Origin: Bryobacterales bacterium
GTDB taxonomy: Bacteria > Acidobacteriota > Terriglobia > Bryobacterales > Bryobacteraceae
Length of the DNA stretch: 64,000 nt
Assembly: GCA_963771405.1 (NCBI GenBank)
Contig: CAVYUL010000106.1
Coordinates: 22,725-86,724, forward strand
Reading direction: 5' to 3'
Every line of letters starts with the position of its first letter. Position 1 is the stretch's first letter. Shown in pieces: positions 28,864 through 35,186 of the stretch. The position numbers and the translations under genes are program-made. A model generated the notes under the pieces. It was not told the DNA's origin, made no database searches, and was given only the letters and a program-made list of their open reading frames with translations.

Positions 28864-29355
28864 ATGTCATTTGGGCTAGATCAATTGGATAACCATCCAG
28901 TGACCGCCGTTGGCTTGGTGGTGGCTGTGTTCGGAGCGCTTGCTTTTTTGGTGAAGTTCTTGAACGATGTCTTCGGTTTTGTCAAGAATGTTCGCGAGAT
29001 AGGCGGCAAGAAAGGATCGGCGGACGCCGGCCCTCGGCAACGTAGAAGAAAAGGTTTTGTTTTACGACAGAAACCGGATCTGGCTAAGACGATCTTGACG
29101 GGGACGGCCGCCGGGGGGATCGGCTTGGGCATTGGCAGCGTGATCGCACGCGGGCAGCCGCAGCCGCTTGGGGAGGCACATCAGGATTCGTTGCATCATC
29201 ATCCTGGTGATCATCTTGGAGATGGCGTTGGCGCCCACGGCGGCGACTTGGGCCCTGCTGCCGACGTCCACGATCCCTTGAGCGCTGTTGCAGACCATGA
29301 TCACGGTTTTTGGCACTTCATCGCTCATATTTTTGATTCCTTCACCAACCAGTGA
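28864..29355 (+). CDS. Operon gene 4: hypothetical 163-aa membrane protein with glycine-zipper segment and His/Asp-rich tail
   Basis: Strong SD AGGAGAAGGAGAAG lies before ATG 28864; the ORF track start 28762 would overlap gene 3. TM helix VTAVGLVVAVFGALAFLV, a basic loop, then TGTAAGGIGLGIGSVIA. The last 60 aa contain 11 His and 9 Asp. Confidence 0.55.
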   Translation: MSFGLDQLDNHPVTAVGLVVAVFGALAFLVKFLNDVFGFVKNVREIGGKKGSADAGPRQRRRKGFVLRQKPDLAKTILTGTAAGGIGLGIGSVIARGQPQPLGEAHQDSLHHHPGDHLGDGVGAHGGDLGPAADVHDPLSAVADHDHGFWHFIAHIFDSFTNQ

Positions 29356-29402
29356 AGGACGGTTTTGGGGTCCGAAGGGAAGTCTTAATTTAAGGAGAGT
29401 GT

Positions 29403-30509
29403 ATGGCGGCTCCAAGTCCAGCGCGGCATCCGCAAAGCGCGCAAGTTGTTCGCATGTCTGTTCCTGGCCGATGCGAAAGGTTCTTCTGGTTTATAGGCGG
29501 ATTCGACTCAGAGACCCTGGGGAGAGCAGAGTGCCGCGCCGTGCGGTCGAAGTATTCATCTATGGGCGCGTTGATTCTGCTGACGGCGCTGTTGGCAAGT
29601 TGCTCGGGAGGCTACGCGATTTATACGATTTTTCGCAATGAATGGGCGACCGCCATGCTGGCGCTGCTTTGGGGGCTGATGATTCTTGTGTTAGACCGAT
29701 TTCTGGTTTCGTCTTCCAGGAAGTCGGCCGTGCTTAAGAACTTCTTTAAGGAGCAAGATGCGGCGCGTCCGTATACAGCGACGGCGCCGTGGGCTCTGCT
29801 CGGCGTGCGATTACCGATCGCGATCGCGATTGGTCTAGTGGTCTCGAAGCCGATAGAAGTGCGGCTGATGGATCCCTTGATTGTTCAGTATGAGGGTGAC
29901 CGGAAAAAGGCTGAGTTGTTGGAGGCGCCGGATGACCGCGATTTGGCGAAGCAACGGGATGAGGGGGCAGCTTTAAGTGCGAAAATTACCACGAAAGAGG
30001 GGGATGTAAAGGAAGCGCGTGCGGCCTTCAACGCCGAGATGGACGGGAGAGGTAGTCCGAAGTGGGGCTATGGAGATATCGCTAAGAAGAAAGAGGAAAC
30101 AATAGGCAAGCTAGAAGACGACCTTACTGCGCTAAGAAAGGAGAAAATAGGAAAAGACCAAAAGCTCAAGCAGGACGGTGATAACCGCCGGATGGAGGTC
30201 AATCAGAACGCGCAAGAGCGGTTGGCGAGGCGTTCGGTCATTAGCGACCTGGTCGTGATTCAGAAGCTTGATGCAGGAGATACACCGGAGGCGCGGGACA
30301 GAAGCCCAGTTATCGCAGCCATGTCGATCTTTTTGACGCTGTTGTTTGTGCTGATTGAGTGTATGCCCGTCATCGCGAAGGCATTGTCGCCGTATGACCC
30401 GTATGATGCAAAGTTGCAAGAAATTGAGGACGGAGCGGTGACGGATTGTCTTGTGGAAGCGAGACGCCAATATGCAGCCTCGGGGATGAGCGATGGAGCG
30501 GCTTCGTGA
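29403..30509 (+). CDS. Operon gene 5: DUF4407-family membrane protein
   Basis: AAGGAG lies 5 nt before the ATG. The N-terminal pattern FFWFIGGFDSETLGRAECRAVRSKYSSMGALILLTALLASCSGGYAIYTIF...LLWGLMILVLDRFLV matches my recollection of PF14362 (DUF4407). Three N-terminal TM helices, a ~150-aa Lys/Glu/Asp-rich coiled-coil-like middle, and one C-terminal TM helix. Confidence 0.7.
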   Translation: MAAPSPARHPQSAQVVRMSVPGRCERFFWFIGGFDSETLGRAECRAVRSKYSSMGALILLTALLASCSGGYAIYTIFRNEWATAMLALLWGLMILVLDRFLVSSSRKSAVLKNFFKEQDAARPYTATAPWALLGVRLPIAIAIGLVVSKPIEVRLMDPLIVQYEGDRKKAELLEAPDDRDLAKQRDEGAALSAKITTKEGDVKEARAAFNAEMDGRGSPKWGYGDIAKKKEETIGKLEDDLTALRKEKIGKDQKLKQDGDNRRMEVNQNAQERLARRSVISDLVVIQKLDAGDTPEARDRSPVIAAMSIFLTLLFVLIECMPVIAKALSPYDPYDAKLQEIEDGAVTDCLVEARRQYAASGMSDGAAS

Positions 30510-30528
30510 AAAAAGCGCCCGAGGGCGC
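30509..30528 (-). terminator. Terminator-like hairpin with U-tract on the minus strand
   Basis: The minus strand reads GCGCC-CTCG-GGCGC-TTTTTT (5-bp all-GC stem). On the plus strand the hairpin is preceded by A6 and has no T-tract after it. Confidence 0.3.
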
Positions 30529-30860
30529 GACATTCTTGAAGTTCGAAGGAGCGGGGGTGTGATAGCCGCTCGCCAGCTGCGCTTGCGCGGAGTTGGCTAT
30601 TTGACGATGGCGGAACTAATAAAAGATGCGCAGTTTTTACAAAAGCGGTGGCTACATGGAGGCGTGAGAAGTCAGATCTCACATAGTATCCAGCCGTCAA
30701 TACCCCGGTTCCCTACGGTCTCGCCGCCTTCGATCTGGCTTCGCCCTCACCGCATTCGCTTTGTTCTGCCCAGGCGGATTCCCGTTCGGTAAGTGCAAAA
30801 AATCCCGCGAAACCTTCTGGCTGGATTTTCTTTCCAAAAACGCTGTGCAACCCCAGTGTT

Positions 30861-31115
30861 ATGGGCATGACCATGCACTTCAACAATTCTGACATCCAGG
30901 CCAAGCTTGAGCAGTGGGCAACGCAAACCGGGCGTCCTGCGGAGGAACTGGTCGAAGACGTGATGGTCGGCTACTTCGACGGAATGGCCGAAGTGTGCCA
31001 GACGCTCGACAACCGCTATGACGACATCAAAAGCGGGAAAGCGAAGCTCATTCCCGGCGACGTAGCCTTTGCACGGCTCATGGAAGGTATCGAAGACCGC
31101 CGTCCCAAGGCATGA
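30861..31115 (+). CDS. Ribbon-helix-helix antitoxin (ParD-like), apparently orphan
   Basis: 84-aa ORF with an RHH-like N-terminus (MHFNNSDIQAKLEQWATQTGRPAEELVEDVMVGYF) and a ParD-like tail (DDIKSGKAKLIPGDVAFARLMEGI). The stop overlaps an ATG (ATGA) that opens only a 9-codon ORF. Confidence 0.55.
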   Translation: MGMTMHFNNSDIQAKLEQWATQTGRPAEELVEDVMVGYFDGMAEVCQTLDNRYDDIKSGKAKLIPGDVAFARLMEGIEDRRPKA

Positions 31116-31404
31116 GGGAGTGCCAGCACCCTTCAATATAGTCGTCCAGCGATACAACAGTTCCTTTGGTAAATAACTGATTTCGTGAGGTTTCCGCACC
31201 CGTCCGAAATCGAAATGGGGGACACTGCGGGCACCGAACTGCAGCCAAATCCCCTTCTTCGCTCTCCCGTTTTTGCCACTCGAAAATCCTGGTCACAGAA
31301 GTTGAAAATTTTTTATTTCTTTTCTTTCCCTCCACTTACAAGAACTTTTTCGTTGGTCGCGAACGCGCGCTTCGGACAATAACTCCAGAAAGTAAGTTCT
31401 CTGT

Positions 31405-32247
31405 ATGGTCTCTGAAAACGATCTCAACTCCGAATTCGAAAAATTCGAAAAATCTGAAAATTCCTCTTCCGTGCCGCCGTCGCCGGAAGAACAAAATCCG
31501 CCGCATAACTCGCGCTATCCCTATCACGCGCACCTCATCGCCGAAAAGGAAAAGCAAAACTGCGGCCGCACCGGACCCACCAGTCCCGAAGGCAAAGCCA
31601 TCTCTTCGCGCAACGCCCTCCGCCACGGCTGCTGCGCCAAAACTCTCATTCTCGAAGGCGAAAAACTCGAAGAGTGGATCAAACTCTGCGCCCGCTGGGA
31701 AGCCGCCTATCCATCCGAACATCCCCTGCTCCAGGATTTCATCCTGAAAACCGCCCAAGCCGAATGGCGTCGTATCCGTGTCCTCAATAACTTCGAAGAT
31801 TTCGTCGCCTCCCACGCCATGACCATGGATACTTACGATCCCGAAACCCGCAAACTCTACGACCTCAAACATCGCTACAACGTCGCCGCCGAACGCACCT
31901 TCCAGCGCGAATTCCGCATGCTCGATCACTTCTTCAAAACCAACTGCGAACCCAAGAAAGCGGAAAAACCCAAAGAAAAAGAGCCTGAGCCCGAACCCGA
32001 AGACGATCAACCCGTCCACGACCCCAACAAACACGTCTATCGCATCTACAACGCCGAAACCGGCGAATACATCATCTGCGGCGAAAACCCACCCGTCATC
32101 TATCCGCCCGAGCCCGGCTGGGTCCCGCGCCCAATCATCCCCGGCCAGTATTATCCAGATCACCCCTCCAACTGGAAATACCCCGGCAACCCCAAACACC
32201 GCTTCACCAAGGACAAACTCAAATGGAGTACGGAACCCCAATCGTAA
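31405..32247 (+). CDS. Hypothetical 280-aa protein with GPTSPEGKAISSRNALRHG motif
   Basis: The ORF has a Glu/Lys/Phe-rich start encoded by 9-bp tandem units, a conserved-looking basic motif, a KPKEKEPEPEPEDD linker and a Pro/Tyr/Trp-rich C-terminus. No named family. Confidence 0.5.
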   Translation: MVSENDLNSEFEKFEKSENSSSVPPSPEEQNPPHNSRYPYHAHLIAEKEKQNCGRTGPTSPEGKAISSRNALRHGCCAKTLILEGEKLEEWIKLCARWEAAYPSEHPLLQDFILKTAQAEWRRIRVLNNFEDFVASHAMTMDTYDPETRKLYDLKHRYNVAAERTFQREFRMLDHFFKTNCEPKKAEKPKEKEPEPEPEDDQPVHDPNKHVYRIYNAETGEYIICGENPPVIYPPEPGWVPRPIIPGQYYPDHPSNWKYPGNPKHRFTKDKLKWSTEPQS

Positions 32248-32337
32248 GATTGGGGACCGCGAGCGAAGCGAGCGTCTTACACCACTCCGTTCCAACCGGG
32301 CCTCGCAATCTCCCGCTACACTAAACGTTACCCACCC

Positions 32338-35166
32338 ATGGAGACCCATCCCTTGAAACAATCCACCGTTATCCTCACACTCCTTTTGCTCTTATCCGTC
32401 GCCTCCTTCGCCCATCAAGATGACGACGATAATCCCCCCCGTCAAATCATCCCGAATTCGGGCCAGCGTCTCACCCCAACCGCCCCGCTCGGAAGCCGTT
32501 TCGAACCATTAAATCCGGCCCTCCCCCAACATCCCGATTACCTCGCCGGTCAAGCCGTCACTACCATCACCAGCCCCGACCACAAAACCCTCCTCATCTT
32601 GACCTCCGGCTACAACGTGTTAAATTACTCCACCGGTCCCAACGCCGGCAACGCCGATCCCGCCGCATCCAACCAATACGTCTTCATCTACGACATCTCC
32701 AATAAAATCCCCATCAAGAAACAAGTCGTACAAGTCCCCAACACCTACAACGGCATTGCCTTCGATCCATCTCACCCAACCTTCTATGTTTCCGGCGGCG
32801 TCGACGACAGCGTTCATATCTTCGATCTCGCCCCGGCCGATCATCTCTGGCACGAACGCAGCGGCAGCCCCATTTCGCTAGGTCATCCCAACGGCGTCGG
32901 CCTCCAAGTAAAGCCGCAAGCCGCCGGCATCGCAGTCACCGCCGATGGCAGCCACTTAGTAATCGCCGATTACTACAACGACGCGCTCACGATCCTCGCA
33001 AATACCAACGGCACCTGGGCGAAATCCGCCGAGCTCGACCTGCGCCCAGGCAAAATCGATCCCGCCAAATTCTCCGGCGTGCCAGGCGGTGAGTATCCAT
33101 TCTGGGTTTCAATCAAAACCAACAACACCGCCTATGTATCAAGCCTGCGCGATCGCGAAATCGATGTCGTCAGCCTCGGCGGCACGCCCTCCCTAACAGC
33201 GCGAATCAAGGTCAAAGGCCAACCCAACAAAATGATCTTGAACACCGCTCAAACCAAGCTGTTTGTCGCCGAAGACGAAACCGATACCGTCGATATCATT
33301 GATACCGCCGCCAACCGCGTCACAGCCACCATCGACGCCGGCGCGCCTCCCGGCCTCTTGCCCGCCGGGTTCCAGGGCCACAACACCAACAGTGTCGCGC
33401 TCTCACCGGACGAGAAAACTCTCTACGTCACCAATGGCACCACCAACGACGTCGCAGTCATCAGTCTCGCCGCTCATTCCGTCATCGGACTCATTCCCAC
33501 CGGTTGGTACCCCACCTCCGTCAGCACTACCGCCGATGGAAAGTATCTCTACGTCACTAACTACAAATCGCTAACCGGCCCAAACCGCCAATTCTGCAAC
33601 TCCGGCTGCTATGGCAGCAATCAATATGGCGAACAGCTCATCAAAGCCGGATTCCAAAGTTTCCCCGCGCCGACCGAAACCCAGCTCCTCCGTCTCACTT
33701 CCATTGTCGCCGCCAACAACCATTTCGGCCGCGGCTTGTCCCAAACTGACAGAGCGAAGATCGCGTTCCTGCATAGCAAAATCAAACACGTTATCTTCAT
33801 CATCAAAGAAAACCGCACCTATGATCAGGTCTTAGGCGACTTACCGCTGGGCAATGGCGACCCCGAAATCACCGAGTTCGGCCAAGCCGTCACGCCGAAC
33901 CTGCATGCGCTCGCTACCTCTTTCGTCACACTCGATAATTTTTACGACCGCTCCGAGGTCAGCATGGATGGTTGGCCTTGGACAGTCTCCGCCCGTGCGC
34001 CTGACGTCGTCGAACGGCAAGTGCCTGTCAATTACGCCGAACGCGGCCTCACAAACGATTCCGAAGGGACCAATCGCAACATCAACGTTGCCTTGCCCAC
34101 TCTCGCCGAACGCTTAGCCGCCAATCCCTTATCGCCTGATGATCCCGATGTTCTGCCTGGCACCGCCAATACCGCCGCGCCTGATAATCGCCTTCATGAA
34201 CAGAATCGCGGCTACATCTGGAATGACGCTCTGCGAGCCGGTTTAAGCCTCCGCAACTATGGCTTCTTTATCGATTTGGCTCGCTACAATCTGCCTTCCG
34301 CCCAAGCCCAATTCAATATTCCTGAACTCGAAATGCCGTTCGAAACCAAAACGCAGGTTTCTTACGCAACCGACGAAGCGCTGCGCCCGCTTACGGATAT
34401 TTACTTCCGCGGCTTCGATAATTCCTTCCCCGATTACTGGCGTTATCGCGAATGGGAACGCGAGTTTGACGCGAACTACGCAAAGACCGGCCTGCCCAAC
34501 CTCGAACTGGTCCGTTTCATGCATGACCACACCGGTGATTTCCAAACCGCCATCGACGGCATCAACACCGTTGATTTACAGGAAGCCGATAACGATTACG
34601 CGGTCGGTTTGCTAGCCGAGAAAATCGCCAATAGCGTTTACAAAAACAACACTTTGATTTTCACAATCGAAGACGATTCGCAAGCCGGCGCCGATCACGT
34701 CGATAGCCATCGCAGCATCGCATTCGTCGCCGGCCCGTACGTCAAACAGCATGCGCTCGTTTCCCGCGCCTATAACACCGTCGATTTTCTCCGCACCATC
34801 GAAGAGATTCTTGGCCTGAAGCCAACCAACCTGAGCGACGCGCTCGCCGTCCCCATGTTGGATGTCTTCGAAGAAAGGCTGCACGATTGGACATTCAAAG
34901 CCGTTCCTTCCGCGCTGCTGGCAAACACCAAGCTTCCTATTCCATCCGCCGCCTTTGCCGGATTAAAGCCGATGCAGCCTACCCGCGACGCCGCCTATTG
35001 GGCCGCCGCGTCCAAAGGCATGGACTTCACCGCCGAAGATCGAATCGATTTCGCCAAATACAATCACATTCTCTGGCAAGGCATGATGGGCGACAAAGCC
35101 TATCCCGAAAAGCCCACCGGTCTGAATCTCCGAAAGAATCGAGGGCAGTTGCGCCCCGATAAATAG
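32338..35166 (+). CDS. Secreted bifunctional YncE-like beta-propeller / phosphoesterase (PLC-AcpA family) protein
   Basis: 942 aa with a signal peptide. Propeller-type repeats (LYVTNGTTNDVAVISL, KYLYVTNYKS). Phosphoesterase motifs IKHVIFIIKENRTYDQVLGD and IEDDSQAGADHVDSHRS. Confidence 0.8.
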   Translation: METHPLKQSTVILTLLLLLSVASFAHQDDDDNPPRQIIPNSGQRLTPTAPLGSRFEPLNPALPQHPDYLAGQAVTTITSPDHKTLLILTSGYNVLNYSTGPNAGNADPAASNQYVFIYDISNKIPIKKQVVQVPNTYNGIAFDPSHPTFYVSGGVDDSVHIFDLAPADHLWHERSGSPISLGHPNGVGLQVKPQAAGIAVTADGSHLVIADYYNDALTILANTNGTWAKSAELDLRPGKIDPAKFSGVPGGEYPFWVSIKTNNTAYVSSLRDREIDVVSLGGTPSLTARIKVKGQPNKMILNTAQTKLFVAEDETDTVDIIDTAANRVTATIDAGAPPGLLPAGFQGHNTNSVALSPDEKTLYVTNGTTNDVAVISLAAHSVIGLIPTGWYPTSVSTTADGKYLYVTNYKSLTGPNRQFCNSGCYGSNQYGEQLIKAGFQSFPAPTETQLLRLTSIVAANNHFGRGLSQTDRAKIAFLHSKIKHVIFIIKENRTYDQVLGDLPLGNGDPEITEFGQAVTPNLHALATSFVTLDNFYDRSEVSMDGWPWTVSARAPDVVERQVPVNYAERGLTNDSEGTNRNINVALPTLAERLAANPLSPDDPDVLPGTANTAAPDNRLHEQNRGYIWNDALRAGLSLRNYGFFIDLARYNLPSAQAQFNIPELEMPFETKTQVSYATDEALRPLTDIYFRGFDNSFPDYWRYREWEREFDANYAKTGLPNLELVRFMHDHTGDFQTAIDGINTVDLQEADNDYAVGLLAEKIANSVYKNNTLIFTIEDDSQAGADHVDSHRSIAFVAGPYVKQHALVSRAYNTVDFLRTIEEILGLKPTNLSDALAVPMLDVFEERLHDWTFKAVPSALLANTKLPIPSAAFAGLKPMQPTRDAAYWAAASKGMDFTAEDRIDFAKYNHILWQGMMGDKAYPEKPTGLNLRKNRGQLRPDK

Positions 35167-35186
35167 GGATATACTGGCAAACCAGC

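Noticed and set aside
27464-30509. The idea that the five-gene operon is a prophage lysis cassette (holin/spanin-like)
   Set aside because: There is no endolysin and no other phage structural or replication gene anywhere nearby. The proteins are larger and more numerous than holin/spanin sets. I kept it only as a remote alternative.
30493-30792. 99-aa plus-strand ORF, plus the minus-strand ORFs 30713-30904 and 30747-31199, in the spacer after the operon
   Set aside because: They mutually overlap, have basic low-complexity translations, lack SD motifs and show no family resemblance. The minus-strand ORFs also overlap the RHH antitoxin gene.
31445-31471. Three 9-bp tandem units (TTCGAAAAA TTCGAAAAA TCTGAAAAT)
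   Set aside because: They lie in frame inside the 31405-32247 ORF (encoding FEKFEKSEN). They are coding low complexity, not a repeat array or a CRISPR-like feature.
31336-32361. 341-aa minus-strand ORF covering the whole 31405-32247 gene
   Set aside because: The translation is low-complexity Gly/Val/Phe/Asp-rich with no recognisable motif or start context. It is the antisense shadow of a plus-strand ORF that has protein-like composition and a recalled conserved motif.
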